A stretch of DNA of 64,000 nucleotides, taken from assembly GCF_000281045.1 (NCBI RefSeq), contig NW_008246118.1, forward strand, positions 129,850-193,849, read 5' to 3'. How positions within the stretch are numbered: the first letter of the stretch is position 1; the number at the start of each line of letters is the position of its first letter. The position numbers were made by a program, and so were the translations under genes. Positions 33,132 through 45,595 of the stretch are shown here, one piece after another. Under the pieces are notes generated by a model. The model had not been told where the DNA came from. It did no database searches and was given only the letters and a program-made list of their open reading frames with translations. Origin of the DNA: Saprolegnia diclina VS20 (Eukaryota).

Positions 33132-35983
33132 ATGATGCTCTTTGGCGGCCGCCTCTCGGGCGTCAAGCCACCCCGGGAGCCAACGCCCGAGGTGCCATCG
33201 CCAGTTGCTATCGCACCGGCGCTGCCGACGCCCCATACGGACCTCATTGCGCGGCTCACCGACCATGAATTACGCCTCTTAGATGAGCTCGACCGCACGC
33301 GCCTCAAGCTCGAAACCGAGATGAAGCTCAAAGACAAAGACAGGCGGCGGAAGCCGTCGACCAACCAGCATGAGCTGCCCGTGAAAGACCGACTGGACAT
33401 GCTTCCGATCTTGACCAACACGGGCGACACGCCGTTCGAGGTCGGGCTTCACAAGGGCGCGCACGTTCTACCAGTGTTCCGACTGCCACCCGTGCATCGC
33501 GCAGTAACACCAAGCGCACCGCCGTCCGTCCTTGCAGCCAGTGACGTTGCTGATGACAGCGAGACGCCGTCGCACGTACTCGCAGACGACGAGCGCGCGG
33601 CAGCGATGGAGGCGCTTGGGTTGACGCCCGAAGAGTTTGATGCGCTCGAGCAAACTGCGTCCTTGTCCTCGTCCTCACCGAGTCCGATCGTGTCCAAGGC
33701 TATGACAGTGGCGCGACGCCAGCGAGCCAAGTTGCCGCTGCTGCACAAGCACAAGCGCCGTGGCCGTGAGACGCGCGAGACGCTGCAGAGTGAGCTCACA
33801 GCCGCCTTGCGACGGGTGCAGTCGTTCACAACGCTCGTCAAGCAGGACCTCGTGCACGCTCAGCAAATCTGCCCCGTCCAGAGCATCCGCGGCGAGGTCT
33901 GTCACTTCGTCTTGTCGTTCAACACGCTTTACATCGCGCCGTCTAGCTCTTTGTGAAAAAGTGGGGGCTCGCCAAGATCAACGCCATCTGCACACAGCTG
34001 CTCCACGCCAAGATGCAAGCTGCGTTCGTCCGGTCGCTATTCCATCGTTGCCGCCAAGGCTTAATGGGAGGGGCTAGGTGGGTGACGGTCTCGGCGTTCC
34101 TCAAGCAGCAGCAAGCCCGTACGGTGCTCCTTCAGTTCAAAGGCTCCCGCCGCCTCGACCTCTTCTTCACCAATTGGACGCGGCGTCGCGTCGCCAACGC
34201 GTGGGCAACGTGGATCGCCGTGCTACACGCCGAAGACGCGCAGCTCCAAGCCGAACAGGAAGCTGACGCCGTCCTCGTCCTGCAACGCGCGTGGCGGTAC
34301 AGCATACACCTTCGATCACTTCACTTCTTATGCATATGAGTAGCAACTACCACAGCCGGTTCCTCTACAACGCCTTCCGCGCCGAGCGCAAGCGCCGCAA
34401 GCGACACCACGCAGCGTGCAAGATCCAGGCCTTTGCCCGCGGCGCCTACGCGCGCGCGAACTCCAAGCAGCTCGTGCGCACGATGCGCGAGAACATGGCC
34501 GCGACGGCGCTGCAGGCCCGGGCGCGGGGCTTTCTACTGCGCAAATCACTCCATGCGGCGCAGGCGGCGCGGGCTCAATTCCGCGCCGCGCGCCAGATAC
34601 AGGCGCTGGCGCGTGGCCGTCAAGCGCGGGCCCGCGCCCGCGCCATCCATGTGCACCGAACACGGGTCGCAGCCGCGCGTATCCTCCAGCGACGGTACCG
34701 CGGGCGACTGCACAAGGTCAAGTACATTCGCGCCATGATCGAGCGCGAGCAGCGGCGCCACGTCATTCGTATCCAGGTACCGATTTGGGTCCTGGCGCAA
34801 AGCCCCAATGACGGCAATGGCTAGCGCATCTACCGCGGGTTTGCAGCCCGGCTCTATGTGCGCGAGATGCGCGAGCGCCGGCGACTGCACCTGCAGCTCC
34901 AGCACGCATCTGCGCTCAAGCTCCAAGCCGTGTACCGCGGGCATCGGTACCGCCTCCTTGTCAGCGATGTTGAGAACACAATCGCTTGTATAGCGGTCGG
35001 CTCGCGACGCAGTTTCAATCGGAAGCGCGTGCAGCCGTGCGTAGCCGCCAAGCAAAAGCGGCCACGCGCATCCAGGCGCTGTATCGCCAGCGCCAGGCCG
35101 CGCGGGTCGTGGCAGCGCAGAAAGCCGCTCGCCTCGAGAAATTTGTGGCGCAGGCGCGCGAGTGGACGCAGTTTTGGTCCGACGATGCGGGCGCCTTCTT
35201 CTTCTACCACAACAGCGTACGCTCGAAATCTCGTCTGCGGTTCGGTTGCAACGCGGTGTCTAGACGGGCGACGCGATCTGGGAGCCACCCGAAGGCGGGT
35301 ACACCAAGGCCGACGGCCGCGACCTCGTGCTCCAGGACGGCCGCGTCCTTTTAGATCCCGCGATCGCGGCGCAGGAAGCCGCGGCCCAAGAAGCCCAAGC
35401 GCTCCTCGAGCTCGAATTGCAGCGCGCGGCCGAGGAGGCCGAGCTCGATGATGCGCTTTGCGTCGAGTGTGACAACGCCGACGCGTCACGTCGCTGCACG
35501 CAGTGCGAAGACGTGTTTTGCGACGCATGTTATGACCGGACGCACGGTGGTGGGAAGCGAGCGCTCCACACGTGGACGGCGATGGGGCCCACGAAATGCG
35601 TCGAGTGCGAGAAGCTCAAGGCGACGCGGTGGTGCGACGCGTGCGGCGACCCGTACTGCCTCGGCTGCTACAACATCATCCACGCCAAAGGCAAGAAGGC
35701 GGCCCACGCGTGGATCGACATGGGCACGTACAAGCGGCAGCAAGCCAACGAGAAGCAGAGCGCGCTCGTTCTCGCGATGCTGCAGCAGCAAGCCGGCGGC
35801 ATGGTCGAGGACCCGCAGATGTACAACGAGTACCTCCAGTCGGCCGATTACGCCTATGTTAACCAAGGCATTGCCCACGGCGCGAGCAATGACGACGACC
35901 CATGGATGACGGCTGTCGATGAGACGACTGGCCAAACGTACTACTACAATAGCATCACGGGCGAGACGCAGTGGGCCACCTAG
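33132..35983 (+). CDS. IQ-motif, WW and B-box zinc-finger protein, multi-exon
   Basis: Many IQxxxRGxxxR motifs, WW domains (WTQFWSDDAGAFFFYHN; WMTAVDETTGQTYYYNSITGETQW) and two B-boxes (CVEC..C..C..FC..C...H). Confidence 0.85.
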
Positions 35984-36016
35984 CGTCGCGAAGCCTTTGG
36001 TAGCTAATACTCTTAT

Positions 36017-36144
36017 TCAGTCGGCCAATCAGTCAGTCAGTCAATCAGTCAGTCAGTCAAACAGTCAGTCAGTCAATCCGTCAGTCAGTCAATCCGTCAA
36101 TCAGTCAGTCAGTCAGTCAGTCAGTAGTCAATCAGTCAGTCAGT
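36017..36144 (+). repeat. Imperfect (TCAG/TCAA)n tetranucleotide microsatellite
   Basis: About 125 bp of cagt/caat units between two convergent genes. Confidence 0.95.
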
Positions 36145-36331
36145 GTATGTTTGCGTTTGACAAGTGACGTCAGAGCGAGACGATGGAGGTTGCTTGAGGT
36201 ACACGTAATGGGACGCATCAGCAACACAAGCACATCACTGCCCGTGACCATGTGCCTCATCAACAACAACGTTATTCATGCAAGCTATCCATGTTGAAAG
36301 CTCGTCAAGTTCTTGTCGCGACAAGTTGAAA

Positions 36332-38577
36332 TTACTGTGCACGACCGACTTCGAGAAATTTACAGTCGAGGGCGAGCTCGGGGCCAAGCGTGACGCCCGG
36401 AAGAATGTGGCGCTCGAGCTCACCGCCTTCTTCAAAGTTGCCGGGCCAGTAAAAGCTCGGTGGCACGTCCTTCTGGAGCCACCCCACGTGCATGAGCGCG
36501 GCCGCGACGAGCTCGGAGCAAAAGTATTTGGTCGTTTTCTCTTCCTTTTCGACTTTGGACCGGTTGAGGATGCCAAAGATGCTGTACGCGTTGCCTTCGA
36601 CGCCGAGCACAAACTCTTGGATCTTGGCGAGCGTCGTCGGCGACCGATGCGCGAGCACCCGGCGCGCGACAATGGCGTTTGTGACCTCGCGCCCGTACGC
36701 CTGCAGTCGCGCTTTCTATTTAGTTGAGCATGACTCTCCTAGTTCAATCTGTGACTAAACGCTCACGAGCGCATAGACTTGGATGCCTTCGCCAGTCGCC
36801 TCGAGGAGCGAGAGCAGCGGCGGCGTCGACCCTGGCACAACGATCGCGGCGTGGTCGTACCGCGCACCGGTAATCTACGTACACGCATGCGGTGCCAGCT
36901 TGGTGCGACCGGCGACGCTACCTATACCAAGAGACATGTGAGTGATCGGCCGTGGAAGCGACACAAGACGACCTTGCGCTGCACTTTGCTCGCACCAAAG
37001 CGCGTCTTGAAGAGGATAATGTCGCCGTAGCTCAAGCACGCGTGGACGGCCGAGACATGCAAGACGCTTCGGACAACCTCGCGGTTCCGGGCCATCGAGA
37101 CCACTACAACGCGCGCCGACGAAGAAAGTAGAAGGCATCGAGGCAGAGATAATACCACCGAGAAACGTCATGACGTGGACGTTTTGTGCGAGGCCGGGCA
37201 GCGCGACAACGTCTTGGAGGTACGCCTGCAGCTTGCGCTGGCGCTTGCTGACGAACGAGCCTTTCTTGGGCGTGATCGCCTTCTTCTTTGGCAGGGGCGG
37301 AAGGTACGCGCGGTAGGGCGCCACGTCATTTTTGATTGCGTCATCCAGCGCGAGAAAGTCCTGAAACCGGTGGACGACTGTCCACTTGACGTCGTTGTAC
37401 TCGACTTGGATCGTGTACGTCTACGCAATGTATACATAGTCGGGCGAGGAAGATTAGGGTTGACGGCATACCGTGTAGAGCTTTTGCGAGAGGTCGCTGA
37501 CCTTGTTGGCGTTGCCCGTGATCTCGACCTGGAGCGGTGGCGGCGGCATGGCTTGCACGGGGCGGAGCGAGAGATGCACCGTCTCGGACGCAGTCTCGAG
37601 CTTCATGTCGAGGTAGTAGCACAGCGGTTTATCTTCGTTGCGCAGCCACACGTCTAGAACAACAGGGTGTTTGCATCAACTTGATACATTCCTCATGGTC
37701 GACCGACCGCGTATCGCATCCGGCAAGACGAGCACGAACGAGGTGGCGTCGTCTTGGGTGAGGTCGCGCAGTGTCGCGTCGGCGGCGATCACGTCCGCCT
37801 GCGCTGCGTCAGTTCACGGCGACAGACGGAACGTACGTCGAGGCTGTGTACAATCTTGTGCTTGAGCTTCCCGAGTGCCTCCTTCTTGAGCGCATCGACG
37901 TGCGTGGTTCTCAAGCTGTCGTCGTCGAGCGCAATGGGTGCGACGAAGCTATATCCGCGCATGTGAATGCTTCCCAATGCCAGAAAGAGCGTCGTACCGG
38001 CCGTGCGCCCTCGTCTCCATCTCGACGTGCACGATCGTCAGAATGCGCGGCCGGTCCCGCACAGGGCGCTGGGCGCATGTATATGGGTGAAACTGAGTGT
38101 GGAGGAAGCTACCTTGGGCCCTACGACGAGTTTCTTGAGGCTCGCGGGCAGATCGTCCGTCTCCGAGAGGCTGTCGTCGTCGGCCGACGAGTGCGCTTCC
38201 GAGTCGCTGTCGGCAAACCGCACAAAGGCTGGCGGGTCCGGCATCGGCGAGTGCGCCGCTTGGAAGAGAAGCTTGCCATTCTCCGCGAGGTACGCGCGCT
38301 TGGCATCCACGAGGCACCGGATCCAGCCATCGCGCTCGTCTTGTGAGGCCACGCAGGCGTCGATGGCGGCGCTGCCAGCGACGGTAATGCGAAACACCCA
38401 CGGGCTCGGGCCGCCGAGGCCAGGCTCAACGCGCACGACTTGCTTGGTCGCGAGCCAGAGAGCCTGCGTGTGGTCGACCACGCGGTCAGCGTACATCTTG
38501 ACCCAGCAACGCTGCCACTCGGCGTGGCCATCGCGTCGGTACACGAGCTCGCCACGGCGCAGCACGACGTCGGCCAT
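36332..38577 (-). CDS. PH + PX + permuted papain-like (NlpC/P60, YiiX/LRAT-type) protein, multi-exon
   Basis: N-terminal PH (CVASQDERDGWIRCL), PX (VVHRFQDFLALD..LPPLPKK..KRQRKLQAYLQ), then GDIILF, YDHAAIVV, LLEATGEG and YFCSELVAAAL. Confidence 0.85.
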
Positions 38578-39105
38578 GACCGAGATCTTGTTGGGTCTTT
38601 TTAGTCAGCCTCGCACCCACGACCGCAACATTACAATCCCACTTGAACAAGGTGCCAACAGTTGGTCATATAATAATAATAATTGCACAGCAATAAATAA
38701 TAAAATATGGTACCCACCGCCACCGACACCGTCGCATCTCCGAATAGCAGGCGTCCTCGCTTGCTCGCCCTTGGGCAGCCCAAGCGGCTGGAGACATACC
38801 CGCCATCGCCCAAGGTCCAAGGTCCACAGGCTCGATCGCGTCTCTACTAGCGCCATACGGATACGATGCAGCAAACGAGCAGTGGTTTGCACAGGAGCTC
38901 CTACACATTTTGGTCGTCACGCATTTTGATTGGAGAGAACGCGTTCTATTTGGGCAATGGGCGCGATACGATTGGCTGAAAAGTTGCGTTTGTTCAGTGC
39001 GTCGCCAGATTGGGCGAGGGATCCATCCGGACGACCACGTGGTCTTTAGGAAGTGACGCAGCTGGTCGTGGCCGTCGGTCATTTGGAGTCGAGGGCCAAG
39101 GAAGG

Positions 39106-41211
39106 ATGAACTACCACCCGCAGGGCGCCGCGCCGCCGCCGATGGTCCATGGCCCGCCACGGACCATGATGCCAAGCAATGCTCCGCAAGGCGTCGCCGT
39201 CATGAACGGTACCGTGCGCAAGCTCCTGCGCCAGACCATGGGCGACCAGATCGAGTACGTCACGTCCATCCCGCAAGTCCGCTCCTTTGTCGCGGCTGTC
39301 GACTCGTTCTGCCAGACGACCGAGAGTCTCGCCTCGCTCGGCAAGTCGCTCTACGCGTCGGGCTCGGTCGTCTTTGTCGTCGACAAGAGCATGCGCGTGA
39401 TCCTCTGGAACGACACGGCGGTTGCGCTTACGGGCTTTACGCGGGATGAAGTCGCGGGCCGCAACTTCCTCGACCTCCCGGGCCTCGTGCCCGTCTCGTC
39501 CAGCTCGATGCTCGAGCAAGCGCTCTTTAGCTTTATGGACGGCGCCAACGGCTCGCGCGCGCCGCTTGAGGTCTCGCTGTTCGCCAAAGCCGGCCACGAG
39601 CTGCGCTTGCTCTGCGAATGCACACCGCTTGTCGGCAACCCTGCGGGGCCCGGTATGCTCGTCGTCGCCCAAGACCTCGCCATGTACGACAACGTCAAGA
39701 CGCAGCGCGAAATGGCGGCCCTCGCCGAGACGCCTGCGCTGCATGCGATGCCCTCGGCCGCCCAACAAGGTAGCCACCGTACGAATTCCTTCTCATTCAG
39801 CAACGTCCATTAGCGCCGCCGACGAACCCGATCGTCGCCCGCAACCCGAACCCAGGCCGAGGCACGTCGGCGCTCACAGGCTGGGACGAGATTGCTCCAC
39901 ACTACCAGATCGAGACGGTCCTCGGCCAAGGCAGCTACGGCCAAGTCGTGCGCTGCAAGCACCTGGTACCACACCAAGCTCTACGACCTCGTTCTTAGCC
40001 TCTCTCATGCTGTCTTCGTAGCCGACAGGGGACGTGGTCGCGATCAAGAAGATTCAAAATGTCTTTTCCGACCCGATTGATGCCAAGCGCATTCTGCGCG
40101 AGCTCTGCATCCTTCGGCAGCTCAAGCACCGCAACATTGTCCAGGTACGTGGTTTGAGACAGGGCGACGTTTCTAGTCTTTGTACTAGATTCGCGAAATT
40201 CTGTGTCCGTCGGATCTGACGTCGTTCCAGAACCTCTACGTTGTGTTTGAGTTTCTCCCGTCCGACTTGGAGAAGCTACTGCATTCGCCGCAGTTTTTAA
40301 CCGCCGAGCACATTCGCTGGCTTCTGCTGGACCTGCTCAAGGCGCTCAAGTACATGCACTCGGCGTCGATCGTCCACCGCGACCTCAAGCCCGCCAACGT
40401 GCTCCTCAACCTCTCGCCTGTCGCGATCAAGATTTGCGACTTTGGCCTGGCTCGTACGATTGCAAACCCAACGTCGATTCCGGCATCGTCAACGTCGTCG
40501 ACCTCGAAGCGCAAGCGTGATGCAAGTCCGACGGGCGCCGCGGCCAAGAAGAAGATCCAGCGACAGCTCACGGAGCACGTGGTCACGCGATGGTACCGTG
40601 CGCCCGAGATCATCTTCCGGGACCACGACTACTCGACCGGCATCGACGTGTGGAGCGTCGGCTGCATCTTTGCCGAGCTGCTCTCGATGCAAAAGACGTC
40701 GGTGCCATCGCACTTCAACCGCGAGCCGCTGTTTCCGGGCGTGAGCTGCTTCCCGCTGAGTCCTGGTGCGAGCCAGATGGCGCTGCCCCAAGACAGCCAA
40801 GACCAGCTCAACACGATTCTACGTGTGCTCGGGAGCATGGCCGACGACGACATCGCCGAGGTCGCTGACCCGGACGTGCGTTTCTACCTCCGGTCGCTCC
40901 CGCATCAGTCGCCCAAGAGCTTCTCCGAGCTGTACCCGGGCGCCGAGCCCGACGCGATCGACCTCTTGCACAAGATGCTGCACATGAACCCGCGCAAGCG
41001 AGCGAGTGTTGAGGACGCACTCAACCACCCGTACCTCGGGAGCATTCGATCGATCGAAGAAGAGGACGTGATTGCTGCGTACGGCATTGAACTCGAGTTT
41101 GATCTGCGCCCAGGCACGCTCTCGATCGCCGACATCCGCAAGCTCATGGCCGCCGAGATCGGCTACTACCACCCGCAGACGCAGCAGCCCAACACCCGGG
41201 CGCGCCACTAA
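39106..41211 (+). CDS. MAP kinase with N-terminal PAS domain and TEH activation loop, 3 introns
   Basis: PAS: VFVVDKSMRVILWNDTAVALTGFTRDEVAGRNF. Kinase: GQGSYG, VAIKK, HRDLKPAN, CDFGLAR, LTEHVVTRWYRAPE, LFPGVSCFPLSP. Confidence 0.92.
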
Positions 41212-41581
41212 GAATCATCACCATCATCCGCTCGCTCGCCTCATCGACCGAAGACGCTGTCGCGCAGGATATCTAAACCGTACAACCCTACACCGTCCAC
41301 GCCTGTCTCTACCTCGTCTCGTCGATTCTTCCTAGTACGATGAACCTCGTCCTCGAGCTTTGCATGAAAGCCAGGGTATAGAGCTGTACATAAGCCAACG
41401 GCGGCAGCACAGGACAGAGTCTCGATAGGCCATGCTGACGAGTCCGACGTGGCATTTCTGCATCCCGTGTCGATGGGTCACGAACCGGTCTCCAGAGTCT
41501 TCGTAGTATCTGGGAGGACAATGGTGTACATTGGCTGCAGAGATAAAGAAGAGGAAGGGGATAAATTGACAGGGGGAAGGC

Positions 41582-42385
41582 TTAGACGACAAAGTGAAAG
41601 TGCATGAGCATGGTCGCGGCGGCGGCAGAGAGCACGACATGCGAGAGCGCGTTGTGGTTGAAATGCTTGGACGACGGCGAGACCGCGAGGCCCTGGATCA
41701 AGCCGGACGCGAGCTTGAGCGTGAGCACGAGGAGCTCGTGGACGACGCCGCGTTCGTACGCCATGACCGACATGACGCTGCCAAAGACCATGGCCGGGAG
41801 GAACCCGAGGAGCATGAAGGACGTGTTCATGTAGATGAAGGCGAAGATCGCGACGATCGAGTAGCCAGTGCCCGCGATCCAGATCGTGAGCTCGGACGAG
41901 CCGTCCGAGAGGTAGCGCGACGCGGCGAACGCGACAAGGCAAAAGTTGGTAAGCGTCGTAAAGCCGAGCACGAGGTGCCAGCTCCAGTCGATGATCGCAT
42001 CGACGGTCGGGCGCGTGACGTAGACGCCAAAGACGCGCTTCGAGCCCGACTCGGCGTCAAACACCTTCTTGGCCTTGAAGGCCACATGGTGGAGGAAGCC
42101 GCCGACGAGCGCGGTCGTGCCCATCGCGAAGAAGTAGAGCACATACCAGTGCGACTGCTCGTTGAGGTAGCTCGTCATGAACGTAAGGTACGCGATGAAG
42201 ATGAAGCACTGGATGGCGAGGATGTAGTCGGTGATGATGCACGCGGGCTGGCAGTCCCATTCCTCGCCGCCGAGGTTGAGGTACGCCCAGTTGATGGCGG
42301 CCTCGACGGGGTTGGGCTTGCTCATGGCAGCGGCCTCGGCGGGCTCGGGCGTCGGCGCCGGCCGGCGCTGGTGCAGCGTGGACAT
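41582..42385 (-). CDS. Multi-pass (about 7 TM) membrane protein with conserved-looking His motifs
   Basis: Intronless, GC3-biased ORF from MSTLHQRR. Hydrophobic helices with TDYILA, GGFLHH and FNHNALSH. Confidence 0.75.
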   Translation of the reverse strand: MSTLHQRRPAPTPEPAEAAAMSKPNPVEAAINWAYLNLGGEEWDCQPACIITDYILAIQCFIFIAYLTFMTSYLNEQSHWYVLYFFAMGTTALVGGFLHHVAFKAKKVFDAESGSKRVFGVYVTRPTVDAIIDWSWHLVLGFTTLTNFCLVAFAASRYLSDGSSELTIWIAGTGYSIVAIFAFIYMNTSFMLLGFLPAMVFGSVMSVMAYERGVVHELLVLTLKLASGLIQGLAVSPSSKHFNHNALSHVVLSAAAATMLMHFHFVV

Positions 42386-43650
42386 GGTGGTGGTTTGAGG
42401 TTGGCTGAAGAGTGCGCTGCCTGTTGACTCGACGGCTTCCGCACCCACGATTGGTTTTGAGAGGTTCCGGCTCGCACCTCTAAAGATAAATACCTCTGCA
42501 ACTGAATACTCGAATCTCGTAGATTCGGAAGAAACGTGGCAGCACGAGCGCTCTCCGTGGTCGTGTCGACACATCAGAAGGGACCGCCATCGATCCTGCT
42601 CGACGTCGGGACGCTGGGTTCGAGTTGGAAAGACATTGGGACTCGTGGCAGAGATGCGCGCCGTGACAGCGAAACTCGTTTCGTAAATTTTACGTTTGGA
42701 CGATCGATCATTGGGCAATGCATTTATGAGGCGAAACAGCGCTGTACGTTGCCGACATACACGCCACAATTTAGAGTCTGAACGAATATTGAAGAACCCT
42801 CCACATTCCCACGTCGTACATGGATACCGCGCGACTTGGTCGACCCATCAGCAGAAAATTATAGCATGAGGATCCTTGTGTGCTCGGACATGCCTCATGT
42901 TAACCTCCCAAATTTGATAGCTTCTTCCGTCTGGTTTCATCCTGGTGGCAGCGTGTACCAACGCTGCGCCTTTCCGCAGTTGTCGTGTCTCTCGGGGAGC
43001 TTTTTTACTCTGCGTGTTCGTATCTCGGAGATTGCGACGAAGAAGGCGCTCCCCAGTTGTCTGACGATTCGGCCTCACATTGCACTTGCTGCTTCAAGGG
43101 CACTGGCTCTTTTCTATTCCTTACGCTGATTGGCTACAAATTCAATGGTCACCAGTGGACGCGTTACGACCGCACGATTTGAATCTGAGACGCGGCAGGT
43201 GCTTCTGCGGCGTTCGGGGCCATGAGTTGGACTGGGATGGCAAGGTTTGGCGGACAATACTGTACTTTTATGGACGACACCCGGTGTCGATGCGGGTGCG
43301 TCGATCTTGCATGCAAGGTCCACAACGCCACTCTACAGTACAAGGAATGTCCTTCCTTGTACTCACAGCCGTTGACCCGGATGAGAGTGCTCGCATGCCG
43401 CACCTGGTTTGTCCAAACATGGGGGTTACGGCAAGGGAATCGTTCTAGGCGTTTTCTAGGGTAAGGGTTTATTGACTCTTTCTGGGGTCCCGCGAGATGT
43501 TCACGGGGCTGGTACGGACATGTTTTTCAAAGTCGTTTTAGTGGCAGCAGTATACATTGTATTGGACGATCGTCCTTATAGCTATGAGAGCAGCCGATGA
43601 ACACGCAAAACACAGTGGGGTCTATCAAGCAGAGGCGGTGGTCGGTGCGC

Positions 43651-44586
43651 TTAGACGCCGACGTACGCAAAGAGGATGAGACTCAACGACATGATGCCCA
43701 TGCCACCGAGGATCGCGATCGAGACAGCGTTGCCATCAGGGCAGAACTTGACGGCCGACGGAATCAGTTCCTTGATCGAGAGCGTCACCATCATACCAGC
43801 GACAAGACCAAACATGGCACCTTCCACGGTCGGGTTGAGGCCGTCACCGAGGATAAAGAACGCAAGGATGGCGCCGAGGGGTTCCGCGAGCGACGACGCA
43901 CAGGCCCACCAAAAGGCTTTGCAGCGGTTGCCGGTGGCAAAGTAGACGGGCGTCGCGACAGCAATGCCTTCCGGAATGTTGTGCAGCGCGATACCAATGG
44001 CAAGCGTGGCGCCGACCTTGAGGTCGTGGACCGCCGCCGTGTACGTGGCAATACCTTCCGGGAGGTTGTGGATCGCAAGCGCAATGGCCGTGAGGACGCC
44101 GGTGCGGTTCATGGCCGCCTTCTCCTTGCCAGCAAGCGCCTCCTTGTCGGCGTCCGTCGGCGTCGTCAAGGCCACATGGCCGTCGACGACTTGTTCGAGG
44201 CGCGCGAGGTCAGCGAGGTCGACTTCGTCCTTGAGATCGGGCGAGAGACGGTGCACAAGCGCATCGAGGAGGTAGATAATGCCGGCGCCAACGGCAAAGC
44301 AAATGTTGGTAAAGACCCACGCGTTGCCTTCGCACGTCGAGTCGCACTCGCCAGCCTCGTCGGCGTTGCCAGCCTTGAACTGCTCGACCGACTCGTTGAA
44401 GATCTCGACGAGCGAGATGAAGACCATGACGCCACCGGCAAGCGCGAGCGCGATCGAGAGGTTCTTGGCGTTGGCCATCTTGACCATGGACGCGCTAAAG
44501 ATGACGAGACCGCCGATGCAGGTGGCGAAGGCCGCGGCCCACGTGAGGGCAAAGGCGATGCCGACTTCCTTGGTGATTTCCGGCAT
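43651..44586 (-). CDS. ZIP-family (ZupT/GufA-type) zinc/metal transporter
   Basis: Paired motifs AIHNLPEG and ALHNIPEG, plus SSLAEPLGA and VAGMMV..ELIP; about 8 TM. Confidence 0.95.
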   Translation of the reverse strand: MPEITKEVGIAFALTWAAAFATCIGGLVIFSASMVKMANAKNLSIALALAGGVMVFISLVEIFNESVEQFKAGNADEAGECDSTCEGNAWVFTNICFAVGAGIIYLLDALVHRLSPDLKDEVDLADLARLEQVVDGHVALTTPTDADKEALAGKEKAAMNRTGVLTAIALAIHNLPEGIATYTAAVHDLKVGATLAIGIALHNIPEGIAVATPVYFATGNRCKAFWWACASSLAEPLGAILAFFILGDGLNPTVEGAMFGLVAGMMVTLSIKELIPSAVKFCPDGNAVSIAILGGMGIMSLSLILFAYVGV

Positions 44587-45595
44587 TCTTCTTCTTGGTG
44601 GTCGTAGTGTCGAGAACGCGGAGAGTTGAAGAGTGAGATCCGAGTTTACCGGCGCTCAACCACGGTCGAGGCGAGGACTTCCCAGCCGTTGACGATGCAC
44701 TGTGGACTGTGGTACGTTGCGCACCGCTGTTATCGCTGGACACGAAGTGTACTTGATGCATTCGTAATACAAGAAAGGTGCACACGTGTACTCCCTTCTA
44801 TCATGGATGAGGATGAGCACCCCGTAAGAACGCACTTTGCTTCAGAGTGTACCTAAGATACATGTCGTACCATCACTGGCTACCACACATTGCAACATCT
44901 GTCTGATGAAATGCAAGCAATTATTGCCTCTCATTTCGAGCCAGAGGGCGTTTTGAGCCAATGAGAAGCGACGCGTCACAGGATTGGAGGAAGGCGACGC
45001 CTGGGAAGTGTGGACCGATCATGATGCACCGGCAAGCCGTGATGTGGCATAAAGGACTATGGCTTGTCTTTGTGAGCTCGCACGTCGCACGCCAAGCAGA
45101 CTGTATACAATCTGTCGTCGTCCTTCTCGGAGCCTTCCCTCGGTCTTCTCGCGAATTCATTCCGGAAGCGGACACCATTTCTGTCGCCACACTCTGTTGT
45201 GTGCTTGCTATCACGAGTCGTTCTAGAAAGCTGTCGTGCTTCGTGGGTTAAAGCTCATGTATGACGCCGGCATGGCCCAATTCCGTCGCGTACACGTCAC
45301 GGGTTTGGTCGCCGAGACACGTGAGCGCTCAGTTTGTTGAGCGTGCAAAGCAAGTTTTGCCGCCGTCGGATAAGGCTCCATCACCGTTGACCACGCAGCG
45401 GTGGGTGAGACGCATTTGTTGAAGCGCTGCGCTGACACATGTGTATTTCGCACGGTCCAGCTGTACTGTACTACACTGTATTTGGACTAGGACTCGACGA
45501 AAATGGCCGCGCTGCCATGCGAACTGCTCGATACATACTAGCACACAATGAATCTGCGCCAAAAACTAGTCTTTCGTGAGACTGGACGCACACCG

